From an uncultured Gemmatimonadales bacterium (GTDB lineage Bacteria > Gemmatimonadota > Gemmatimonadetes > Gemmatimonadales > Gemmatimonadaceae), in the NCBI GenBank assembly GCA_963707505.1, contig CAVPQB010000006.1:384001-448000 (forward strand): 64,000 nucleotides of DNA, read 5' to 3'. The notes beneath the pieces were generated by a model. It ran no database searches, had not been told where the DNA came from, and was given only the letters and a program-made list of their open reading frames with translations. Every line of letters begins with the position of its first letter. Within the stretch, counting starts at the first letter, position 1. A program made the position numbers and the translations under genes. Positions 50,178 through 60,009 of this stretch are shown in pieces.

Positions 50178-51122
50178 TCAATTCGGCGCGATCAATCTCC
50201 CGCATCCAATGCGCTTTGTGCTCACGACGATGTTGTCCATGTAGCGGCTCTGCTCCACTGGGGATCCCGCGTTCCAGTAATTCTCGAAGAAGACTGCGTT
50301 GAATCCGTAGTCGGTAACACTCCCGAGCCAGTCGATGTTCCCCTCACGTGCCTCGATAAAGTCGTCGACCCACAGCTCGAACACGCCGTTGTTCTTCCCT
50401 GGATCGTTGAGTCGTGCGTGCGCCTCTATGCAATACCACTTGCCCACACGCGACGGCGCGAAGATCGGTGTCGCACTGCGTATCGCGCCGAGCCAGCGGA
50501 GACGCGAGAAATCGTTGTACGTTGTTGCGCGCACAGCCCCGGAAGCATCGGTCCCCGAATACGGATCTATGACGAGATAATCGGACGTTGCACCACTGCC
50601 GGACCACACCGGCGCGCCCGCGGCCTGCGCCCACGTTTGCGAGGTGAGCACCTGCGCGCGCGACAACTTGTCGCCACCGCCACCGGTCCACGTGGAATCG
50701 TTGCGCAGATACACGCGCCAGTACAGCTCGCGATACACTGTTGCACCGCTATCCACCGGATGCATGTACGGCACCGGAGTCTTGCCGAGTGCGAGCTTGA
50801 GCGATCCAGCATCGACCTGCCCCTTCCTGAAGCGTACGCGCATACCGAACGAACCCAGCACGCCCACACTGTCCGTGCGCTCGAAGCTGGAATCCGGATG
50901 CGTGTACTCGAAGTAGCGGCCGAGCCTGTCGGTCTCGAAGTCGTCGCAGAATATCCATTCCGGCCTGGCGGCATCACACTCGTGAAGCACTGGATGATTC
51001 GGGGCAGTGTCGCGCGCGGTTATCGTATCGATGACGACAGGCGCGACTGGAGTCTGCGCAGCTGCGAGATCCATCAGTGGCGACAGCGCGATGAAGCAGA
51101 TACAGATTACGAGTCGCTTCAT
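50178..51122 (-). CDS. Secreted hypothetical protein, polysaccharide-lyase/lectin-like beta-sandwich
   Basis: Signal peptide; IFCDDFE, ELYWRVY, GKWYCIE, NGVFELWVD, RYMDNIVVS. Confidence 0.7.
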   Translation of the reverse strand: MKRLVICICFIALSPLMDLAAAQTPVAPVVIDTITARDTAPNHPVLHECDAARPEWIFCDDFETDRLGRYFEYTHPDSSFERTDSVGVLGSFGMRVRFRKGQVDAGSLKLALGKTPVPYMHPVDSGATVYRELYWRVYLRNDSTWTGGGGDKLSRAQVLTSQTWAQAAGAPVWSGSGATSDYLVIDPYSGTDASGAVRATTYNDFSRLRWLGAIRSATPIFAPSRVGKWYCIEAHARLNDPGKNNGVFELWVDDFIEAREGNIDWLGSVTDYGFNAVFFENYWNAGSPVEQSRYMDNIVVSTKRIGCGRLIAPN

Positions 51123-51144
51123 CACGCTGTCACCATTCGTGCGG

Positions 51145-51600
51145 CTACTGCTTCTTCGGCTGGTACGTGCCGGCAGTTGCGCGCGCGGCGACGCTGAGCC
51201 GGTTCCATCCATTGATCGCTACGAGCACCATGGTCAACTCCACGATCTCCTTTTCGGAGAAGTGCGCCTTCACTGCATCGTAGGCTTCGTCGGAAATGAA
51301 ACCGTCGGTCACTACCGTAACTGCCTCGGTCCATATGAAGGCAGCGCGCTCGCGATCCGTGTAGTACGGCGCTTCCCGCCACGCAGGAAGTCCGTACAGA
51401 CGCTGCTCGGTCTCACCCAGTGCACGAAGATCCTTCCAGTGCATGTCGATGCAATATGCACAGTGATTGATTATCGATGCGTAAAGCTTGACGATATGAA
51501 TCAACGGCACTTCCAGGCTGGTCTGATGAACGTACTTCTCCAGCTCGGACATGGCGCGGTAAGCACCAGGATCTGCCGTAACGTTGAATCTGGGCTGCAT
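51145..51600 (-). CDS. Carboxymuconolactone decarboxylase/AhpD family protein
   Basis: ASIINHCAYCIDMH, AWRE, AINGWNRL. Confidence 0.9.
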   Translation of the reverse strand: MQPRFNVTADPGAYRAMSELEKYVHQTSLEVPLIHIVKLYASIINHCAYCIDMHWKDLRALGETEQRLYGLPAWREAPYYTDRERAAFIWTEAVTVVTDGFISDEAYDAVKAHFSEKEIVELTMVLVAINGWNRLSVAARATAGTYQPKKQ

Positions 51601-51654
51601 GTGATCTCCTTCCATCTGTTGAACTGTGGTAATGCTTTCACACGTAAAGCGACA

Positions 51655-51674
51655 GGCGCGGATACATCGGCGCC
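51655..51674. repeat. GGCGCGGATACATCGGCGCC palindrome (variant of 16565)
   Basis: Sequence similarity; intergenic. Confidence 0.6.
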
Positions 51675-51732
51675 CTGTAGAAGAATAACAACTATCCGAT
51701 GGCGTTACCGCTCGCGCGCGGTACGCCCGCGA

Positions 51733-53376
51733 TCAATAACGCCAGCTCCGGAGATCCGAACCCGCTGGCGCGTACTTCTCCATGTGCGCAGTCATCTTCG
51801 TGATGAGATCCGGCAACGGAGGTCCCCAGCAGTGCGGCGCCATCGGCTGGAACACCACCTCACCAGTCGGCGTCGGATTCCTGGCCTGCTTCAGGAACTC
51901 GTCCAGCTTGTGCACGCCCATGTTCAGGAAGTACGTGTCTGCATCGCCGACGTACACGTTGATCTTGTTCGCGACCTTCGGACCGAGCGTGCTCCAATTC
52001 GTTTCCAGAATGTTGCGCAGATCGTAATGCTGCTTCCAGTAGTCGGCAACCTTCCTGTCGATGACGCCTGTCTTCTTGTCCCAGATCGGCACCGGATAAC
52101 CATCGGCGCCAACTGGTCCGTACGTCGCCTGCCAGATGTCCCACTGACCACCCGAGCGCGCGTGATCTCCCACAGAAAGCTCGAACCAGTTCTCGTCCTT
52201 CATCATCGCCGTGATGTTGCCGTCAGGCTTGCGTGAATCGGGACGCTCGAGCCTGCTCCAGCTTCCTGCATTCAGCCAGTACGCATTGGTGTCAGCGTAG
52301 ATGTCGACGATCTGGAAATAGCGAAAGTCCACACCGTCGGGGCAGAGCGACCACGTACCTCCGTAGAAATCCGGATACATCACCTGATGTGCGAGCGCAA
52401 TCCATCCGCCAGTCGAGCCGCCGGTAAGCAGTCGCGCCCACGGCTCACGCTCGACACGGAACTTCGTCTCGACTGCCGGAATGAGCTCCTTCATGATCGC
52501 GTCGCCGTACGGACCGTTGTTGGCGGAATTCACGCCGTACGAATCGTCATAGTAAGGCGACGGATGTTGCAGCGTGACGAGAATCACTCGCGGCGTTCCG
52601 TCAGCGAGCCAGTAGCTGGTGAACTTTGCGCCAGCTCCTGAAGTGCCCCCGAATCCGCCCGGCGCGCCGAGCGAGAAGTGTCCTTCATCGTACACAATCG
52701 GATACTTCGCGTCTGGATGCTTGTCGTAATCCTTCGGCAGCAGCACGGTCGCGCCAAAATAAATCGGATGTCCCCACCACTTGCTGAGTATCGCGCTCTG
52801 TATCTTGATGTGCTTCACGTACTCGTTGTCGGCAGGCACCGTAACTGGCGGGATGACTTTATCCGCGACGAGCTTGATCGGCTTCGTCGATCGCGGATCG
52901 TACGTGATCACGACTGGATCGCCATAGATGTTGCCAGGCGACCGCTTCCAGTTCTGGCCTTCCCACTGATCCATGTGCATCCACACGGTATGCCCATCGG
53001 CGCGCGCGAATTTCGTGTAGACGTTCACGAACGGCTCGACGCGATATCTGCCGGCTGGAATGTCACGCAGACTCCGAACCGGATGACCGAACGCGGATGC
53101 ATCGATGATCGCAGTCTGGCCCGGCGCGAGATTCTCGACGTTTACCCCGAACAATGGATCGCCGGTCTCTCCGGTTCGCATGATCGGCGTGCCGGCCGTA
53201 TCCGCAAGCCGGCTGATCGCGACGTAGACTCGACCCGTAATCGGTCCCGAATGAGCCGAGCTGGCGAACGAAATCTCGAAACGCGGCCCCGCCGACGCAC
53301 TCGGCGCCTGAGCGTGCAGGGGAAGCGAAACCAGGACGGCCATGAGCGCCGAGCACGTGAGTGTACCTGCCCGCAT
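51733..53376 (-). CDS. Secreted alpha/beta-hydrolase-fold (esterase-like) protein
   Basis: Signal peptide; VLLPKDY, NSANNGPYGD, LTGGSTGGW nucleophile elbow. Confidence 0.82.
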   Translation of the reverse strand: MRAGTLTCSALMAVLVSLPLHAQAPSASAGPRFEISFASSAHSGPITGRVYVAISRLADTAGTPIMRTGETGDPLFGVNVENLAPGQTAIIDASAFGHPVRSLRDIPAGRYRVEPFVNVYTKFARADGHTVWMHMDQWEGQNWKRSPGNIYGDPVVITYDPRSTKPIKLVADKVIPPVTVPADNEYVKHIKIQSAILSKWWGHPIYFGATVLLPKDYDKHPDAKYPIVYDEGHFSLGAPGGFGGTSGAGAKFTSYWLADGTPRVILVTLQHPSPYYDDSYGVNSANNGPYGDAIMKELIPAVETKFRVEREPWARLLTGGSTGGWIALAHQVMYPDFYGGTWSLCPDGVDFRYFQIVDIYADTNAYWLNAGSWSRLERPDSRKPDGNITAMMKDENWFELSVGDHARSGGQWDIWQATYGPVGADGYPVPIWDKKTGVIDRKVADYWKQHYDLRNILETNWSTLGPKVANKINVYVGDADTYFLNMGVHKLDEFLKQARNPTPTGEVVFQPMAPHCWGPPLPDLITKMTAHMEKYAPAGSDLRSWRY

Positions 53377-53420
53377 CGCGAATTGGCATTTGTTTGAGTG
53401 CATTCGCGAATCTACTTCTG

Positions 53421-53516
53421 GGGGTCAGGTCTTGCCCCGTGCGCGGTCAAATCAATGCGCGGCGTAGCGATAAGCCGCCATGACCGGGAGCGGCGCACGG
53501 GGCAAGACCTGACCCC
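53421..53516. repeat. MITE/REPIN-like element with perfect 24-bp inverted repeats GGGGTCAGGTCTTGCCCCGTGCGC
   Basis: Arms at 53421-53444 and 53493-53516, 48-nt spacer, between divergent genes. Confidence 0.85.
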
Positions 53517-53590
53517 TATTCCGAAATGCCGTTTTGTTCGCCATTTTCGGGCGGTCACGAGGACTCACGAACCCGCATTCCGATCATCCA

Positions 53591-55129
53591 ATGACCGATC
53601 ACGACGTCACCAGACGAGATTTCCTCGCTGGAACCGGCAAGCTGGCACTCGGCGCGGTGGTTGCGCCGCACTACATGGCCGCCGAAGCGCGACGGCGAAC
53701 TCCGAGCGGCATGCTTAACGTCGCGATAATCGGCTTCGGAGGCCAGGGATCTGTGAACGCGGAAGCGCTCGCCGAGGTCTGCAACATCGTCGCGATCTGC
53801 GATGTGGACGTGGACCGGATGATCCTCAAGAAAGTCACCGATCCCGACGGCAAGGGCACCCCCGCACGACTGCGGCTTGAAGCTCAGCTGAAAAAGGCTG
53901 TGCGATACACCGACTTTCGCGAAATGCTGGCGAAGCAACATGATATAGATGGAGTCGTAGTAGCGACTCCCGATCACCAGCACGCAGTGATCGCGAAGGC
54001 AGCTATGCAAGCGGGCAAGCACGTGTACGTTCAGAAGCCGCTGACGTCATCCGTGCACGAGTCGCGCGTGTTACGCGAGATGGCACTCGCGAATCCAAAA
54101 CTCGTTACGCAGATGGGCAACCAGGGCCACTCCGGCGACGGCGCACGACTCATCAACGAGTGGATTCAGGCTGGAATAATCGGTGACGTGCGCGAAGTTC
54201 ACGTCTGGACCAACAGACCGAAGGGTTACTGGCCGCAGGCGATCCCGCGACCATCCAAATCCAAGCCGCCAGTGGAATATCCCGACGACGGTTTCGGCAC
54301 CGAGTGGGGCCAACGCCGCCTCGACGATGCAATCGCGTACTCGATGGGCTCATACCCGGTACCGGACGGTCTTCGCTGGAATCTCTACCTCGGCGGCATC
54401 CCCGAAGACATTCCATATCATCCGATCTACCATCCCTTCAACTGGCGCGGTTGGCTCGACTACGGCGTGGGCGCACTCGGCGACATGGGTGCGCATCTGA
54501 TAGATCAACCCTACTGGGCGCTCGGCCTGACGTATCCGACAAGCATCGAGGCGACGTCCACGCCGTGGGGCGTGATGGAGCAAGCCGAGCCTGCACGCCT
54601 GACCGCCAGCAGTCGTCCCAAGATGCGTCAGGTCTCGTATCCGCTGGCGACGAACGTGCACTACCAGTTCGCCGCGCGTGGCGCGCAGCCGCCGGTCAAA
54701 TTGAGCTGGTACGACGGAGGTCTGTATCCGCCGCGGCCGGACGCGCTGCCGGATGACGTGCCACTCAAATCGAACGGAGTAATATTCGTCGGCGAGCGCG
54801 GAATTCTCATGAACGATACGTACGGACAGAATCCGCGGCTGTATCCCGTGTCGCTCATGGCAGACGCCGCGCTCGTGCCCAAGAGTTACGAGCGCATTCC
54901 GTGGGGTCACGAAGTGAACTGGGCAAAGGCTTGCATGGGACAGGCGACGGCGAGCTCGCCGTTCGAATACAGTGCGCGTCTCACCGAGACGATGCTGCTC
55001 GGCATCGTTGCGCTGCGCACGGGTCAGGGACGAAAGTTGCTGTACGATGGAGAGCAGATGCTGGTGACCAACATACCGGAAGCGAATCAGTATCTGCGGC
55101 GCGAGTATCGCGCCGGCTGGTCGGTCTAA
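53591..55129 (+). CDS. Gfo/Idh/MocA oxidoreductase (Tat)
   Basis: [46 protein letters not shown]. Confidence 0.92.
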   Translation: MTDHDVTRRDFLAGTGKLALGAVVAPHYMAAEARRRTPSGMLNVAIIGFGGQGSVNAEALAEVCNIVAICDVDVDRMILKKVTDPDGKGTPARLRLEAQLKKAVRYTDFREMLAKQHDIDGVVVATPDHQHAVIAKAAMQAGKHVYVQKPLTSSVHESRVLREMALANPKLVTQMGNQGHSGDGARLINEWIQAGIIGDVREVHVWTNRPKGYWPQAIPRPSKSKPPVEYPDDGFGTEWGQRRLDDAIAYSMGSYPVPDGLRWNLYLGGIPEDIPYHPIYHPFNWRGWLDYGVGALGDMGAHLIDQPYWALGLTYPTSIEATSTPWGVMEQAEPARLTASSRPKMRQVSYPLATNVHYQFAARGAQPPVKLSWYDGGLYPPRPDALPDDVPLKSNGVIFVGERGILMNDTYGQNPRLYPVSLMADAALVPKSYERIPWGHEVNWAKACMGQATASSPFEYSARLTETMLLGIVALRTGQGRKLLYDGEQMLVTNIPEANQYLRREYRAGWSV

Positions 55130-55149
55130 ATTCCAACAATCAAGGGGTC

Positions 55150-55959
55150 ATGATGTACGAAAAGGCATTGACGCGCTCCGCAACGTTCGTTGCAACGTCA
55201 GTTGCAACGGCGGTTGCAACGGCGCTGTTGCTCACGGGATGCGCGAAGACTTCCAACCAGGCGAGTACACCCGCCGGTTCAACCGGTGCGGTTGCATCAG
55301 CGACTGACACGGGCACGCACAGTGCAGGAGCTGGAGGCATGGCTGCCACACTCGATTCCGCCGGATGGCGCGCGTTGTTCGACGGAACGTCGCTCGCTGC
55401 ATTCCGCGGATACAAGACCGACAGCGTTCCTGCCGGCTGGCACATCGTCGACGGCACGCTCACAAAGTCAGGCAGTGTGGGCGATCTCGTAACGCGCGAC
55501 AAGTTCGGTGACTTCGAGCTTGCATTCGACTGGAAGCTCGGATCGGGCGGAAACTCGGGAGTGATGTACCGTGTGACCGAAGAGTACGATCACATGTACT
55601 GGAGCGGACCCGAATACCAGCTACTCGACGATGCAGGTCATCCCGACGGAAAGAGTCGTTTGACGGCCGCTGGATCTGCGTATGCTGTATATCCGTCGCC
55701 AGCAGGTGTCGTGAAGCCGGCAAACCAGTGGAATTCGAGCCTTATCGTCGTGAAGGGTAATCATGTGGAGCACTGGATGAACGGCCAGAAGCTGCTCGAG
55801 TACGATCTGCAGAGCCCCGACTGGAAAGCAAAGGTCAAGGCGAGCAAGTTCTCGGCATGGCCGAACTACGGACTTGCGCGGACTGGATACATTGGAATTC
55901 AGGGAGATCACGACGGCGTGCTCGCACTCCGCAACATCAAGGTTCGCGAACTGAAGTAG
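55150..55959 (+). CDS. DUF1080 (3-keto-disaccharide hydrolase) lipoprotein
   Basis: Lipobox LTGC; LFDG, GNSGV, GPEYQLLD, VEHWMNG, GYIGIQGDH, RNIKVR. Confidence 0.9.
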   Translation: MMYEKALTRSATFVATSVATAVATALLLTGCAKTSNQASTPAGSTGAVASATDTGTHSAGAGGMAATLDSAGWRALFDGTSLAAFRGYKTDSVPAGWHIVDGTLTKSGSVGDLVTRDKFGDFELAFDWKLGSGGNSGVMYRVTEEYDHMYWSGPEYQLLDDAGHPDGKSRLTAAGSAYAVYPSPAGVVKPANQWNSSLIVVKGNHVEHWMNGQKLLEYDLQSPDWKAKVKASKFSAWPNYGLARTGYIGIQGDHDGVLALRNIKVRELK

Positions 55960-57283
55960 CGACTTCGGGTCGACCGGCAACGTACTGGCGGATTGCGTAC
56001 AACACCGTCGCAATCACCAGTGCCACGCCGACGCTGATGAATTCGATTCGCGACGCGCTGGAGAGCATCCACACCACGACGACGCACGCAAGTAGAGGAA
56101 TGACGGGACCGCCGCGCAACACGAACGGCGGTCCGTCCGTGCGAACGTCGCGCCTGCGCAACTGGATCGCCGCAAGACACGTCGCAAAATAGATGAGCAG
56201 CATCGAAACGGTCGACAACACCACCAGTGAAGTGAACGTACCGGTGAGCGCGAATGCAACGCACGCGGCGGCGTGCGCGATTATCGCTAGCGCAGGAGTG
56301 TGATGACGCGGATGCACCGAGCCGAAACGTGCAGGGAGAAAGCCATCCCTGCCGAATGCGAACAGAATTCGCGGAGTGGTGAGCATGTCGCCGCTCACAT
56401 AGCCGAACGCTGATACGGCAGCCGCGATGGCAAGCAGCGCACCACCGGCAGATCCGAACGCACGAGTGGCGACTCCCACCAGCGGAGCGGTCTGATTGCT
56501 CGCCAACTGTGGTCCGAGCACTCCCTGCGCTACGAGCTGAATCGCAATGTAAAGCACTGAGACTGCGCCGAGTCCGAGGAGAATTGCGCGCGGAACCGTG
56601 CGCGATGGATTGATTACCTCGCCGCTGGACGTGAGCGCGTTCTCGACTCCCTGAAATGCGAAGATGAGCAGCAGCGACGCAGAGCCGACCTGCGAGAACG
56701 TCGGAGTGAAGCTCCACTCCAGATTCACGGGTCGCACGAAGAATGCGCCCACCACCACAAGAAGAATCAACGGCAGCAACTTGGCCGCCGTCAGCGTCTC
56801 GACGATTCTGACGCCGGAACGCACGCCCCGTATGTTGAGCGCCGCGAGCGCGGCATACAGCACAATCAGCAATGCGGCGTGCGGCACCGGTGCCGCGAGT
56901 GCTGGCAGGAGCGCCGCAAGAGATCCGACGAACACCATCGCGACCGCCGCGCTCGCGACCGTCTGGCTGCACCAGAACAGCACTCCGGAGAGAAACCCAC
57001 TGAACGGCCCGAATGCGGTCTCTATGTATGCATACAATCCGCCCGGCGCTGACACTCGGCTCCCCGCCTCCGCGAAGCTCAGTGCGATGAGTCCGGCGGC
57101 GATCGCGCATACTATATAAGCGATGATCGCGGAAGCGCCGAGTGTCGCCGCGACAACGGCAGGCAGGACGAAGATGCCCGATCCAATGACGCTGTTGATC
57201 GTGTTGGCGCCGAGTGCACGCACCCCCAGCGCGCGGATCAGTCCGGTATCTGCGACCAGTGGTGTAGCCTTCACATCCGCCAT
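55937..57283 (-). CDS. APC-family amino acid permease
   Basis: INSVIGSGIFVLP, FAEAGSR, FAFQGVE, PRILFAFGRDG. Confidence 0.9.
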   Translation of the reverse strand: MADVKATPLVADTGLIRALGVRALGANTINSVIGSGIFVLPAVVAATLGASAIIAYIVCAIAAGLIALSFAEAGSRVSAPGGLYAYIETAFGPFSGFLSGVLFWCSQTVASAAVAMVFVGSLAALLPALAAPVPHAALLIVLYAALAALNIRGVRSGVRIVETLTAAKLLPLILLVVVGAFFVRPVNLEWSFTPTFSQVGSASLLLIFAFQGVENALTSSGEVINPSRTVPRAILLGLGAVSVLYIAIQLVAQGVLGPQLASNQTAPLVGVATRAFGSAGGALLAIAAAVSAFGYVSGDMLTTPRILFAFGRDGFLPARFGSVHPRHHTPALAIIAHAAACVAFALTGTFTSLVVLSTVSMLLIYFATCLAAIQLRRRDVRTDGPPFVLRGGPVIPLLACVVVVWMLSSASRIEFISVGVALVIATVLYAIRQYVAGRPEVATSVREP

Positions 57284-57437
57284 GCCAGCTCCGGGTCGGG
57301 GAATATCGCTTTTTGCCTGTGCAGCGGCTACAACATACATCCGGCGCGCGAATACCGATACAGCGGCGCTGGTAAGCAGCGTACAGTAGGCACCAACCGG
57401 CGCTTCGCCGGAGATGTGGTCCCGATTAATTTGCGCG

Positions 57438-58856
57438 ATGCCCGAAGGTACCGAAGTCATCGTTCCGAGCACGCACGGATTCTGGGAAACCGTGCGCGAG
57501 TCGCTGCGTGGATCGCACCACGACTACACCAGGGGCAGCATCCCGCGCGCGATTCTCCTGCTCGCCGTGCCGATGGTGCTGGAGATGGTACTCGAGAGCG
57601 TCTTCGCCGTTACCGATGTCTTCTTCGTCGGCAAGCTCGGCGCTGACGCTGTCGCCACAGTTGGCCTCACCGAATCGCTGCTGACCGTTCTGTACGCAAT
57701 GGCGATGGGACTGTCCATCGGAGTCACGGCGATGGTCGCGCGCCGCATTGGCGAGCACGATGTGGAAGGGGCGAGAGACGCTGCCGTGCAGGGAGTCATC
57801 GTCGGTCTCGTGATTGCCATCGTGCTCGGCGTCGCCGGCGTGATACTGGCGCCACGGCTGCTCGGTCTCATGGGTGCGTCGCCGCAAGTCATCGCGATCG
57901 GATCCAACTTCACGCGCGTCATGCTCGGCGGCGACGTGAGTGTGGTGCTGCTATTTCTTGCGAACGCCGTGTTCCGCGGCGCGGGCGACGCTGCGATAGC
58001 GATGCGCGTTCTCTGGCTGGCGAATGCGATCAACATCGTGCTCGGACCGTGTTTGATCTTCGGACTGGGTCCGTTCCCCGCGCTGGGCGTAACAGGTGGT
58101 GCAGTGGCGACGACGATCGGACGCGGCACCGGCGCCGTGTACGCACTGTCGCGACTCGTGCGCGGCCGCGGAAAGATCGCGGTGGCCCGCAAGGACGTGC
58201 GCGTGAGGCCGCGTCTGATGGGCAAGCTCATCACGCTGTCGGCGGCCGGCACGTTCCAGATGATCATCGGAATGGCGAGCTGGATTGGGCTGGTGCGAAT
58301 CGTCTCGACATACGGCAGCGACGCGCTGGCGGGTTACACGATCGGTGTGCGACTGATCGTGTTCGCGCTGCTGCCTTCGTGGGGAATGAGCAACGCCGCC
58401 GCCACCATGGTGGGTCAGGCTCTCGGCGCGAACGATCCGGATCGCGCGGAGCGCGCAGTGTGGCGCGCCGCCGCGTACAACACGCTGTTCCTCACGACCA
58501 TTGGATTGTTGTTCGTGATCGCAGCCACGCCGATCGTCAGCATCTTCACCAGTGATCCTCTGGTTGCTGGATACGCAGTGGACTGTCTCCGGACGGTTTC
58601 ATACGGATTCCTGTTGTATGCCGGCGGAATGGTTTTGACGCAGGCGTTCAATGGCGCTGGCGATACGTGGACGCCGACAGTACTGAATCTGCTGGTGTTC
58701 TGGGTATTCGAGATTCCGCTGGCGTACATCCTCGCGAAGACGCTGAACATGGGGCCGCACGGCGTTTTCCTGGCGATCACCATCTCGTTCTCCGCGCTCA
58801 CCGTCGTCAGCGCAGTGGTGTTCAGACTCGGACGGTGGAAGCGGCGAAAGGTCTGA
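57438..58856 (+). CDS. MATE family efflux transporter
   Basis: LAVPMVLE, FRGAGD, MVGQALGA, FNGAGDT. Confidence 0.92.
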   Translation: MPEGTEVIVPSTHGFWETVRESLRGSHHDYTRGSIPRAILLLAVPMVLEMVLESVFAVTDVFFVGKLGADAVATVGLTESLLTVLYAMAMGLSIGVTAMVARRIGEHDVEGARDAAVQGVIVGLVIAIVLGVAGVILAPRLLGLMGASPQVIAIGSNFTRVMLGGDVSVVLLFLANAVFRGAGDAAIAMRVLWLANAINIVLGPCLIFGLGPFPALGVTGGAVATTIGRGTGAVYALSRLVRGRGKIAVARKDVRVRPRLMGKLITLSAAGTFQMIIGMASWIGLVRIVSTYGSDALAGYTIGVRLIVFALLPSWGMSNAAATMVGQALGANDPDRAERAVWRAAAYNTLFLTTIGLLFVIAATPIVSIFTSDPLVAGYAVDCLRTVSYGFLLYAGGMVLTQAFNGAGDTWTPTVLNLLVFWVFEIPLAYILAKTLNMGPHGVFLAITISFSALTVVSAVVFRLGRWKRRKV

Positions 58857-58890
58857 CCTGCCCGGAGGCCGCCGTGCCCTTGCTCGGCAA

Positions 58891-58930
58891 TACTTGACAA
58901 CGGCAACCAATTAGTTGACTTTGTCAAGTA
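58891..58930. promoter_or_regulatory. Operator/promoter TACTTGACAA-N20-TTGTCAAGTA, containing a TTGACA -35
   Basis: Perfect 10-bp IR with nested TTGAC-TTT-GTCAA, just upstream of the MarR-GNAT gene. Confidence 0.7.
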
Positions 58931-58952
58931 TCACCCGGACAGGGACAGAAGC

Positions 58953-59987
58953 ATGAGTACCGCTCGAAAGGTTGCAGGGCGGGTCGAGAAGACCGCACGG
59001 AAGCAAGCGCCGGCTGCACCAACCGTGGATCCAGCGCGGATCGAGGAGATGCGGCGCTTCAATCGCTTCTACACGCGAGAGATCGGCGTGCTGGAGCAGG
59101 GCCATCTGCACAGCGAGTTCTCGCTCGCTGCGGTGCGGCTGTTGTACGAGCTCGCACACTGGAATGACGATCGCCCGGATCCGCCGACCGCGACGGACGT
59201 CGCGCGCGAGATGGGACTCGATGCTGGCTATCTGAGCCGGCTCCTCCGCGATCTCGTGCGTAAACGGCTCGTGAAGCGCGCACCGTCGCCTGTTGACGCG
59301 AGACAACACCATCTGCGATTGACACCCGAAGGACGCAGCGTAGCCGCGGATCTCGAGAGGCGGGCGAAGGCCGACATCGCGACATTGCTCGCACCGTTGA
59401 ACGACGACAAGCAGCGTCTGGTGATCGACGCACTCCGCACGGTGCAGGCCTCGCTCTCAGCTCGATCGGACAACAGCTCGCCCGACGTCTCCGTCGAAGC
59501 ACCGGCGTTCATCGTCAGACCACCGCGTGCCGGCGACCTCGGTTGGGTGGTCGCTCGACATGGTGCGGTGTACTCACGGGAATACGGCTGGAATGCAGAA
59601 TTTGAAGGTCTGGTTGCACGCATAGTCGCGGATTACATCGAGCAGCACGATGCGGAGCGCGAGGCGTGCTGGATAGCGGAGCGGAATGGCGAGAACGTCG
59701 GCAGCATATTTCTCGTCCGGCATCCCGAGCGTGCGGGCGTCGCGAAGTTGCGTCTGCTCCTGGTCGAGCCGTCCGCACGCGGACTCGGAGTCGGGCGCCG
59801 GCTCGTCGAGGAGTGCACACGATTCGCGCGGAAAGCGGGGTATCACACCATCACGCTGTGGACGAACAGCATTCTGGTTTCAGCACTGCGCATCTACCAA
59901 GCCGCGGGATACACAATGATCGAAGAGACACCGCATCACAGCTTTGGACACGACCTGGTGAGTCAGGTATGGGAGCTGGAGTTGTAG
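58953..59987 (+). CDS. Bifunctional MarR-type HTH / GNAT acetyltransferase
   Basis: RRFNRFYT, LDAGYLSRLL, GDLGWVV, AKLRLLLVEPSARGLGVG. Confidence 0.92.
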   Translation: MSTARKVAGRVEKTARKQAPAAPTVDPARIEEMRRFNRFYTREIGVLEQGHLHSEFSLAAVRLLYELAHWNDDRPDPPTATDVAREMGLDAGYLSRLLRDLVRKRLVKRAPSPVDARQHHLRLTPEGRSVAADLERRAKADIATLLAPLNDDKQRLVIDALRTVQASLSARSDNSSPDVSVEAPAFIVRPPRAGDLGWVVARHGAVYSREYGWNAEFEGLVARIVADYIEQHDAEREACWIAERNGENVGSIFLVRHPERAGVAKLRLLLVEPSARGLGVGRRLVEECTRFARKAGYHTITLWTNSILVSALRIYQAAGYTMIEETPHHSFGHDLVSQVWELEL

Positions 59988-60009
59988 GCCGGATGCCACG
60001 CTGACGCTC

